A DNA stretch of 63,029 nt, filler included, from Octopus bimaculoides (Eukaryota), in assembly GCF_001194135.2 (NCBI RefSeq). It is 5 parts of 5 records of this genome, joined end to end, with 100 filler letters (N's around TTAATTAATTAA, not from the genome) between each part and the next. Parts side by side here need not be neighbours in the genome. Positions count along the whole stretch, not along the records: positions 48,621 to 63,029 come from NC_068997.1; 4 more parts are not named here. One strand, given 5' to 3'. The position numbers and the translations under genes are program-made. Numbering within the stretch: the first letter of the stretch is position 1; each line of letters starts with the position of its first letter. Of the stretch, positions 48,690-60,135 are shown one piece after another. Below the pieces are notes generated by a model. It was not told where the DNA came from. It saw only the letters and a program-made list of their open reading frames with translations, and ran no database searches.

Positions 48690-49270
48690 TTATTGTCTAC
48701 TCTTTGTCTGGCCACCTGCTTGGCTGCAATGTTGTGAAGGATAGCATCACTTTGTTCACCATTCTTTAATAATTTTAAGGTCTTGCACATTTTTATAGTC
48801 CCAGACGTCGTGATCAGTTGTAATGTATAAATTAAGGATTTGAGTTCTCTCCCCTAACAGCCCTAGCTCAGTCATACTTTGCTCCAGACGGGTAAACATG
48901 TATCCTGTTGCTCCGATAATAATAGATATGCAACTGAAAGTGTATATTGAGAGCTGGATTTGCAAACTCCTCATCAATGGTCCATAGATGTCCTTTTTCT
49001 CATGTATTTTTCTAACGACATTGGTGTCCAGAGCGTAACTGATTTCCACAAAAGAAGATATCTTTTCCTCATGTATGCAACATTCTCGTACATGTTCTCT
49101 ATCTTGTCGACAATCTTTCCGAGATAAATGCTCATGTATGAGCATTTATCTTGCCCAAACTCCATTCCTATGTCTCGTGAGAATTTTCTGACTAGTTCTA
49201 ATTGTCTCTTGATGCCGATCATGTTACCAGAATATAACTTTTGATCATCAATAAAAAATGTGTAGGTGTC
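48690..49270 (-). mobile_element. R4/Dong-like non-LTR retrotransposon remnant
   Basis: FFIDDQKLYSGNMIGIKRQLELVRKFSRDIGMEFGQDKC (variant of YMDDLKLY...FS-x-DI-x-M-x-FG-x-DKC). Confidence 0.7.
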
Positions 49271-49861
49271 ATTAATGTATACTCAATACTCGACTGGTAC
49301 TTATTTTATCGACCCCGAAAGGATGAAAGGCAAAGTCGACCTCGGTGGAATTAGAACTCAGAACATGAAGACGGATGAAATGCCACTAAGCATTTCGTCC
49401 GGCGTGCTAACGATTCTGGCAGCTCGCCGCCTTAATGAACAATGAAAGATTAGTTAAAGCGTGGTATAGGTAGTTATCAAGTACTTTTCGGCAAGATTAG
49501 TATCTTAAACATTAAGATCTCCCTCTGCGAATATGGAAGAAGAAAGACCAGACAAAGGATACCAGGTATAAGGAACGTATTTAAATGTAAAGTTGCGTAT
49601 ACAGCTTACATGACGTAATCAAGTGCGTTGAGTTGCGTACATCATGTCATTTTTCTTAAAAATACACTCGATTCTCTGTGCGTGTCTGTGTATAAGTATA
49701 TATATTCTTTTAGTCTTTTATTCCTTTCATCCATGTGAATGCGGTCATGCTGGAGCAATACCGTAATTTTGTACCTTTACATATAATTATTTTGTGGCTG
49801 ATTTCTTCAGGGTGGTTTTAGATGAAATCTCGCTAACCCCTATATGTGATATAGGTGTATA

Positions 49862-49953
<92 letters not shown>

Positions 49954-50524
49954 TGTGTGCGTGTGTGTGTGTGTGTGTGTTTGTGTATCTGTCTGTCTGT
50001 CTGTGTTTGTGTGTGTGTCTGTGTTGGTCTAATGTTATGTAGAAGAAATTTCAATTTAATGTTTTGGTAAGTTATTTTTAGGCTGGACGCCATAAAAAAA
50101 AACATCAGGTTATTACGATAATGTAATTGTCACAATTTTATATTCGATAATGTTTTATATAATGTCTAGTCCATTATCTCTGCAATGTTCTATGCTACAG
50201 TTACTTAAAAGATTACTTAGTTGTTCTAGCAAGTTTCAACAGCTTACATACCTCCGTTCCGTTATAGAATGTTATGTACAAACTGCTATAGTCAAGTAAA
50301 CCTCCATGATTTGAACTCAGAACGCGAAGCGCCAAGAGAAATAACAGACGGTATTTTATTCAACAAACTGACGGATCTGCCAGTTGGCTAAATTAATTCT
50401 CTTAATATAGCTAGCTTAATGAATATGTTGGTATTTCATCTGCTGCAGTGGCTTTACCATCTTTTACTGACATTATTGGGTTGTATTTTAACTTTTTATA
50501 TATATATATATGTATATGTATATG

Positions 50525-50563
<39 letters not shown>

Positions 50564-51334
50564 NNNNNNNNNNNNNNNNNNNNNNNNNNNNNNNNNNNNN
50601 NNNNNNNNNNNNNNNNNNNNNNNNNNNNNNNNNNNNNNNNNNNNNNNNNNNNNNNNNNNNNNNNNNNNNNNNNNNNNNNNNNNNNNNNNNNNNNNNNNNN
50701 NNNNNNNNNNNNNNNNNNNNNNNNNNNNNNNNNNNNNNNNNNNNNNNNNNNNNNNNNNNNNNNNNNNNNNNNNNNNNNNNNNNNNNNNNNNNNNNNNNNN
50801 NNNNNNNNNNNNNNNNNNNNNNNNNNNNNNNNNNNNNNNNNNNNNNNNNNNNNNNNNNNNNNNNNNNNNNNNNNNNNNNNNNNNNNNNNNNNNNNNNNNN
50901 NNNNNNNNNNNNNNNNGTGTATGTGTCTGCGTGTGCTTATGCATGTATACATATGTGCGCTTTTCTGTTCACCATCAGCACAGACACGAACAAACAAACA
51001 CGAACACATTTAACACATAAATATGCAAGTAATTTGAAACAGAGACAAGGAATATTAATGAAGACACGGCACTTAGACACTGCACCAAAGACCTGACCAT
51101 ACGTGTGTGTGTGTGGGGGGGGGGGCTGGTCTGCTTTTGAGCGATTGGAGGAATATATATTGACAAATATATGAAATATCACCGCTGTGAAATGAACTAG
51201 TAACCTTCTTTGACAAATATTTAATTTCATCCCATCTGGCTACTTTATACTCACAGACACACATTTACATATACATAAATAGATATATATATATGTATAC
51301 ATACATACACCAATACATATACATACATATGTGA

Positions 51335-51395
<61 letters not shown>

Positions 51396-51645
51396 AATGC
51401 ATGCATATAAATGCGTATATACAGATATGCATAGACACAAACGTGTATGTATATATACATGTGTGTATGTGTTTTGTGTGTCCATATGTCTATGTCTGCA
51501 TGTGTGTGTGTGTGTGTGTGGGTGTGTGTCTGTGTGCGTGTGTGTGTGCGCGAGCGCGCCTATGAGAGTGTATTGTCACTAAGTGTCTTGTCTTGGGCTC
51601 AAGATTTTCTGACTGATTGTGACATGACTAAAGTCGGCATAAATC

Positions 51646-51688
<43 letters not shown>

Positions 51689-52164
51689 ACGCACGCACAC
51701 ACAAAAACGCACAAACTCACACACACACACTCTCACACACTCAACACGGCTCACTTACATCTATGCACTCACACAATAACATGCGATTCTACAATTTTGG
51801 GTTACAATCACCATGGTGACCATCTGACTGACAGTCATGCGGGCGAATCAAACTTGCCGCCTTTCTTTACCCACTTGACCACGCCTTCTGAAGCCAAACA
51901 GTTAATCCCCCCTCCTTCTCTCTTTCTCTCCTCCCACCCCACCCCTTTCTATTTTTCCATCATATATATATTTGGACGTTCTCTGAGCAGAATGACACCT
52001 CTTGTCTGATTAGTCTTACTCTATATTTTAGCTCCTCCCATCGCGTCTTGCCCTTATCCGTATTACCGTCCCTCTATGACGCCTGGCCGTCTTTTGCAAT
52101 ATTCACAGTCGCCCATCGTCTTACTCTCTGGGGCCTCTTTCTCCTTTTCCACTTACTTCCTCCT

Positions 52165-52423
52165 CTTATTACTATTATTATTATTATTATTATTATTGTC
52201 TATATCACCATCACCACCGCCACCAATTGTTATCATCATCACCAGCGTCGTCGTCGTCGTCGCCGTCATCTTCAAACTAAAACCACCACCACTACCACCA
52301 CCACCACCACCACCATCATAATCACCTTCATCATAATCGTCATCGTCGTCGTCGGCGTTACCATCGTCGTCGTCAGCACCTCAAACACCACCATAAGCAT
52401 CATTGTACTCGTCGCTGCCATCA

Positions 52424-52454
<31 letters not shown>

Positions 52455-52560
52455 TGTTGTCGTCTTCGTCACCATAAGTCTTCTCAATGTCCTCAACAGC
52501 GTCATCATTGTCATCATAACCTTCGTTATCACCATCAACAACATCGTTCATAAAATAACC
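52165..52560. repeat. Mosaic trinucleotide low-complexity tract (ATT/CAT/CGT/ACC)
   Basis: Direct reading. Confidence 0.9.
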
Positions 52561-52693
52561 GAGCGGACATCATCGTAAAAACAAAACAACGAAAATAATT
52601 CGTTATTTCGTAGTCACATATCATTTATCGTTGTTATATATATGTACATAAATACACATATATTATATATAGTCATGTACGTATGTATGTATT

Positions 52694-53133
52694 TAGAATG
52701 GATCCAGAGGACATAGAAACCCTTGCTTCGGATCGAGCTGGATGGCGAAGAAAAGTGTGGAATGGAGTGAAAGCGTTTGAAGAGGCCAGGATAAGACTCA
52801 AAAGAGATCGAAGGAAGAATGGTACGATCGAAAAAGTGAATGACAATGACCTTTTTGTGTGCACAATTTGTGACAGACCATAGGCTCAAATCTCGTTTGC
52901 GAACGCATGGAAAACGAGCCTGCACCAACTATTCTGCCTATATGTCTGTGCACACGTTTGAATGCAATGTATGCCAGAAGGTTTGCAAAATACATTTTAA
53001 GATCCACAAATATCAGAACTTATTTGCAGCTCTTGATGGTCCAAATCAGACATGCAATCTATGTGGTTGCCTTTTCAGAACATTGTCTGGTTTAAAAAGC
53101 CACATCAGATGCCATGATAGTTCTAAGATGTAG
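52694..53133 (+). mobile_element. RTE LINE 3' end encoding three C2H2-like fingers (one intact)
   Basis: DPEDIETLASDRAGWRRKVWNGVKAFEEAR (RTE tail), then FVCTICDRP/..LKSRLRTH, FECNVCQKVCK..HFKIH, and QTCNLCGCLFRTLSGLKSHIRCH*. Confidence 0.8.
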
Positions 53134-53286
53134 GTGCAGGAGGTGGTCAAAATCTGTATAACGAGCAGACAACCACCATGTGTGTATTTATTCTTGAGCA
53201 ACATATTTAACTTTACATAGTTCAAAAAAAGTGGAATGACCACAGTATCATATAAGTTAACCTATAGTTAACAATAGTCTATCTAT

Positions 53287-53330
<44 letters not shown>

Positions 53331-53341
53331 TTATCTATCTA

Positions 53342-53375
<34 letters not shown>

Positions 53376-53799
53376 GCTGAAATTTATAGAAAAACGAAAG
53401 ACGAGGACAAGTGAATGATGAAGAAGCAGTCGTGCATGTGCCTAAGATATAGTTTTATAGACCTTCACACTATTGCTTCATAATGTTAAAGATTTAGGCG
53501 GCGAGCTGGCAGAATCGTTTGCACGCTGGGTGAAATGCTTAGCGGTATTTCATCTGTCTTTACGTTGTGGGTTCAAATTCCGCCGAGGTTGACTTTGCCT
53601 TTCATCTTATTGGATCGGTAAATTAAATACCAGTGAAACACTGGGGTCGATGAAATCGACTAGTCCCTTCCTCTCAAATTTCAGGCTGTGTGCCTGTAGT
53701 AGAAGGGATTATGTTACAGTTTTCTATAGTCAAAGTTGTGGGTTTCATTCCTTAGTGAAGCGTAACGTACGAAGCATATCTTGACGGTAAGACAAACTG

Positions 53800-54500
53800 A
53801 TCAGAAAGTTTGCTCAAAGTTCAGTTAATTTCAGAAGAATTCAGATTTTGCATCAAAGACATGATGGTTAACATAAGATCAATGTTGATGCAACCTCGCA
53901 ACTGTCAAATAACATTACGCATGCGTTTTATTGATTACAATAAAGCTCTTGACAGAGTTCATTATAACAAACTATTGAATGCTCGGTCGAAGAAGGAAAC
54001 TCCAGTACCTCACATACATCTCTTACGCCAACTTTAAGATCAACAATTTATGAGCGACAGCAAGAACAATATGTATATTGACAGTGTTCTTTGAAACTGT
54101 TAAATGTGTCAGGCAAGGTTGTATTTTATCCCCCTTCGTGTTTAGTCTGTTAGACCAAAAAATGTTTGCATAATAGATCGGATTTGAATAGTAGATTAAT
54201 TGAACGTTGAGATATTGAGTGGTAAATCAAAAATCTCAGATATGCAGATAATATCACAGTAATTTCAGAAAGTAAATAGGGTTTATAAGTGATATTGTAT
54301 GCTGTTATTCAATTCAATGAAAAAGGTCAGTCTTTTTCTCAATGCCAAGATAACAAATCTGTTGACCATTGACCAAATAAGATAATTTTATCTTCAGAAA
54401 TCAAACAATTGAAATTATCCATTCATTTCAACTGTCTTAGAAAGAGAATTTCAACAGATACAGAATTGGTTTATAACAAAGATGAAGAGAAGAAATGACG
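53800..54500 (+). mobile_element. Decayed RTE RT remnant
   Basis: FIDYNKALDRVHYNKL, VRQGCILSP and NLRYADN motifs. Confidence 0.7.
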
Positions 54501-55765
54501 TAGACAAGGAGTGCGTTGACTAAGAAGATTCTGTGCGTGAACTAACGATCTATTGAGCTTTCAGATAAATTCGTACGTTTTATTTTTACCCCCATTTACC
54601 GTAATCTCGTCGAATGTCATTTNNNNNNNNNNCTATAACCATCTATATCTATCCATCTATTCTTTTATGTACAACTTTTGTTTATCCGGTTTTGAAATTT
54701 GAATAGATTTTTCCACTTTCTCTGATATATAACATATACACTCATTATTTATTTTCTATCTTCGGTCGCATTGTTTACATAGACGTATTCGCATACGAAA
54801 TGACGTACCTTTCAATGCCGGCTCTAAATTTTAGAGAAAATCTGTAGGAATACACTTTAAAAAACATGAAAACATGCGCTGCTAACAATAAGTAGGACAG
54901 AGCATTGACTTATAAACTTTTAATATATTTCGGAGAATAGGGCGGCGAGCCGGCAGAATCGTTAGCACGTCGGGCGAAAGGCTTAGCGGTATTTCGTCTG
55001 CAGGTCCAGTAGAGCCTGTTTTGCTAAGACATGCTCTTTCACTTTAATTTAGCCTTCTCGATAATCGTTTTGCACGGAAACATATTTTCGGTATAACTGT
55101 AATAAAATTGATATATAATTGATAAACGAATAGCACCTCACATAAACATGCGCGCACACATACACACAAACTCACACACACACAAACACACACACACATA
55201 CACACACATACGCACACATATATATACATATATACGACGGGCTTCTTTCAGTTTCCGTCCACCAAACCCACTCACAAGGCTTTGGTCGGCCCGAGGCTAT
55301 AGCAGAAGACACTTGCCCAAGGTGTCACGCGGTGGGACAAAACCCGGAACCATGTCGCTGTTAAGCAAGCTACATACCACACAGCCTCTCCTGTGTCTGT
55401 TCAGGATTTCTCTAAATTTGCCACAAGGGCAAATTTAAAGAAACCATATGTAGTATATCCAGAGATAGAATCTAAACTCTAGCAAACCGCTAGCGTCCTG
55501 TATCTATTGCGATTTATTCCACCATCTAAACAACCTCCCTCCGAAAATACAAAGTACCCAACATCAACTATTCATATGAGAATATTCTGATTATTGGTTT
55601 ATGTGGTTCTGATTTAATGAGAGGGAAAAATGCGAGTATTAAACGTATTAAATATATTAACTGGAAAAACATCTCAATCAAGATTGAATGGGTTTCAATT
55701 GTCCTGTGTATCGTTATTACAGTCACAAAAGTAGCCGCAATGCCTCTATTCCATCTCCACCCACC

Positions 55766-55821
<56 letters not shown>

Positions 55822-55949
55822 TACACATATCTGTGTGTGTATATGTACATATATATTTGTAAATACAATTATACATATATATATAATAATAATAAGAAGA
55901 AGAAGAAGAAGAAATATACATACACACACACACACACGCACACACACAA

Positions 55950-55996
<47 letters not shown>

Positions 55997-56129
55997 TATA
56001 ATGTATGTATGTATGTATGTATGTATGTATATGCTTACATATAATAATATATATGTATATATATATATTCGTGGACATATACATACATGAGTGTGTAAGT
56101 ATGATATATACATGTATGATATATATGTG

Positions 56130-56167
<38 letters not shown>

Positions 56168-56559
56168 TGTATGTATATAAATGTATATACATACATACAT
56201 AATACATACATACATACATACATACATGCATATATATATATATGCTGAGGGAGAGAGGGAGTTAAAGAGGGATATAGTTTTATTGGACACCAGCAACTCC
56301 AAGGAATTCCTTCTGGAACAGGAATCAATTATTAAATGAATTAGGCAATTTCAATTAGTAATTTTCTAAAAATTTAAATTTAATATACCATCAAAATGTA
56401 GATACAAAAAAAAGAAAGAAAACTGATTATCAAAACAAAGTGGTATTAAAAGTGATTCATTTTCTTATATATTCCCACCCACACAGATTTACACACAGAC
56501 ATACATGCTTATACATACATACATGCATACATACATACATACATACATACATACATACA

Positions 56560-56590
<31 letters not shown>

Positions 56591-56975
56591 GTATATATAT
56601 TAAATTCAAATTACGATGAACGTAAACAAACAAACGAAGTTTGCTTTTAGAAGCGTTGAGTTGTCTTAGAAAGTTACAGAAGTGATTTTAAATTCTCAAA
56701 CGCAGGATAATACTAATAATATAGCCTGAACAGGATAAGCTACCCCTATTTTGCAGAAAACNNNNNNNNNNNNNNNNNNNNNNNNNNNNNNNNNNNNNNN
56801 NNNNNNNNNNNNNNNNNNNNNNNNNNNNNNNNNNNNNNNNNNNNNNNNNNNNNNNNNNNNNNNNNNNNNNNNNNNNNNNNNNNNNNNNNNNNNNNNNNNN
56901 NNNNNTACACACAGACATACATGCTTATACATACATACATGCATACATACATACATACATACATACATACATACA

Positions 56976-57006
<31 letters not shown>

Positions 57007-58029
57007 GTATATATATTAAATTCAAATTACGATGAACGTAAACAAACAAACGAAGTTTGCTTTTAGAAGCGTTGAGTTGTCTTAGAAAGTTACAGAAGTG
57101 ATTTTAAATTCTCAAACGCAGGATAATACTAATAATATAGCCTGAACAGGATAAGCTACCCCTATTTTGCAGAAAACGCCAACGATGCACACGTGGTCGT
57201 TGGCGTTTTCTGTTACGGATCTTCACATTTTAGAGGGTACTTAATTCATAGTATTTTCTCATTATGTACCAGTTTGGCCGGGTAACATTGCAAGCAAGCA
57301 AAGAAGATTCAAGCTCACTTTTATAAATGAGTAAAAACGTATTGAAAACACTATCAGTTAATACTTTAAATTAGTTCCCTTGTGACAATAGGATGATTGT
57401 TCACTTCTGATGTAAAAGAAAGCAGTGAGCTATTGGTTAAATCTCATGGACTCTTTGGATAATGTTGCTCTAGATACATTGTACTTGGAAAACAAAGGCA
57501 GAATCCTGGAATGATGGAATAGCTGGAATGCTGTGGTTTAAAATTAGCCAGTGGAACCCTGCTCCTTATTGCAGAATGATAATTCAGATATCTACTTTTT
57601 ACTTTTTTTAACTAATATTAAACAACGTCTGCTTATATTGGAGCTGTATATCCTCTGCTAGTGATTCAGGAATAAATCCAGTTGCGTTCCACCAGATATG
57701 CTGCTCTTTTTCTGCATTTCAAATCATTGCAAGTATGTTATTACATTCTTACATTTCTCTCTCAGCCAGGCTTTCTGATATGTTAATGTATTTCCGATCT
57801 GCTATACTATACATAAAATATATAGTTTTTTTTTTTACAAATAATGAACTGGAAAAAGTGTAAATATATAATTTAACATTTCCTCTATGATGTTAGCATG
57901 ATTTATGATTGCTTAAAATTGCAGCTAAATATTTTAAACTATTGATTGTAGAAAGAAGTCAACTGCATCTTTTCTAAGGAGCGGTTAACAGATCGTAAAA
58001 CGGCCCGTCAGTAGACCAACCTCATTTTT

Positions 58030-58230
58030 ATTTAAACTGGCCAGATCCAACCATATCACATTCTACTTGTTTTATGTTCAAACCAGCCAGATTTGTCCTC
58101 TCATACCTAGCTTTCAATGTCTCTTTAAAGATAAACAATCACATCTTTGAAATCCCGTAGCTACAACATGATGCCTGATTAATTCAAAACAATTTGAATA
58201 AATAAACATTACATTTGACAGACTAATAAG
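58030..58230. mobile_element. Fragment of a dispersed MITE (piggyBac-like TTAA ends); related pieces at 15270-15404 and 10829-10880
   Basis: Reverse-complement similarity with 15290-15400; TTAA-adjacent termini (ctaaaaggttaa; ttaacactttagcattc) in the other pieces. Confidence 0.4.
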
Positions 58231-58333
58231 AATTCTAAAGAGAAAATCCTGTCTATTAATCAGATCTTATCACTATTAATCAACTCCTCATTATCAAACG
58301 CTATTAAACACTTTCCACTTATGTCCCAAACTA

Positions 58334-58937
58334 TTAGGTCGTCAAATATGAAATTTGTAGAAAAGAAAAAAAAGTTTGCTAATGTTTTATAAATACAAGG
58401 AAAATTTTTATTCATCAAAGTATGCACTCATATTGTCAATACATTTTTATCATTTCAGTGGTAGATTGTCGAGTCTGGAACTGTAAAAGCCTAGCAATCT
58501 AGAGTTAATAAAATCTTGGAAGGCCTATTTTACAGCAAGGTCGGAATTAAATTTTTCCTATCAAAACGTTATCCAAATTCTGGAAGAAGTGGTGGTCACT
58601 GGGGACAAGATCAGGTGAGTACGGTGGATGATGGAGAACTTCCAACTCCAACTCCTGTAGTTTCGCCAATGTCACTTTTGCAATGTGTGGTCTGGCATTG
58701 TCTTGCAATAAAATAGGAGTGGATGTGTTGACTAATCTGGGCCTTTTTTTTTTTGTAAGTTTCTGCATCATTTGGTCCAGTTGGCTGCAGCATACTTCGA
58801 CCGTGATGGATGGGCCAGGTTCAATGGAATCATAATGGATTACACTTGCGCCAGTCCACCAACACACACCATCCGGTTCTTTTGATGAATTTTGCTTTTT
58901 GGACAGTATTTTGGTGGCTCGTCTTTGTCCAACCATT
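58334..58937 (-). mobile_element. Mariner (DD34D) transposase pseudogene, 3' half with TIR
   Basis: LLQDNARPH...HPPYSPDLVPSD with exactly 34 residues between the catalytic Asps; TA-TTAGGTC terminus at 58332. Confidence 0.92.
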
Positions 58938-58959
58938 ATATATATATATATATATATAT

Positions 58960-59002
<43 letters not shown>

Positions 59003-59825
59003 CATAGATAGAGACTGACAGAGAGACAAAGAGAGATGTATGCATGCATACATATATACATACCTGCATGCAAGCAAGCTTACATGTATACCTACATGCA
59101 TATACATACCCACGCGCGCGAATGAGTGTGCGTTTTGAGGTTTTGGACAGTGGAGAAAGAGTAGTATCGATGACTGTTTCCAGGGTCCGTAAGACTGTAA
59201 AGACATCCGAATCCAGGTGACTTTATCAAACTATGAAATTTCAATCTATTCAATCAAGTACTAGGCTTACAAAGAATAAATCCAAGAGTCGATTTCTTCG
59301 ACTAAAGGCGGTGCTCCAGCATGGCCATAGTCAAATGACTGAAACGTGTAAAAGAGTAAAAGCGAGAAAGTATATCAAATACAGTCAATAAAGGCCATAC
59401 CAACAAGCCAACATACCTCCATCATCAGCTGCCCCACGGATATCACTATGGTTTCGACACCTGGGCAGTATCATTCAATCCGGCAGTGTCAACAGCACTA
59501 AAATAAGTGTTGTTTAGAAATAAACATACCTTAGATATCACCACATTCATTCAATCTTAATTCTAGGAAGGATTAAATACTAACATTATTAATTAAACTA
59601 CAACAAAGGAACACATTCGCCCTACGTACAAAAACAGTATCAGTAAATAACTAACTCCTAAATTATCTCACTAAATAGCAGCCTAGCCCTTGAAGTCCAT
59701 ACAGATAATATTCCTATCGGTCTTCCGTAGTTATTCATATAAAAATGAAAGCTTTTATATTCTATTCTTTCCAAAACAAAACAAATTCGAATGAATTTAA
59801 CTCAGAATGTAGCTAATTCTGAGTG

Positions 59826-59877
<52 letters not shown>

Positions 59878-60102
59878 CACACACACACACGCACACACAT
59901 TCAGAGAAAGAGAGAGAGAGAGTGAGAGAAAGTGTGAGAGAGATATAGAGAATGAGAGAGTGAGACAAACTGACAAACACGCCCACACACCAGTCTAAGG
60001 AATATTTTATATTATGTTATCTCACATTTTTATAACATTTTTATAACATTATCTATTACCCTGTTATGTTTATATCATATTATCTCACAGAAGAGCCACA
60101 CC

Positions 60103-60135
<33 letters not shown>

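Noticed and set aside
56490-57177. Apparent 270-bp tandem duplication flanking a gap
   Set aside because: Essentially identical sequence on both sides of N145; most likely unmerged overlapping contig ends.
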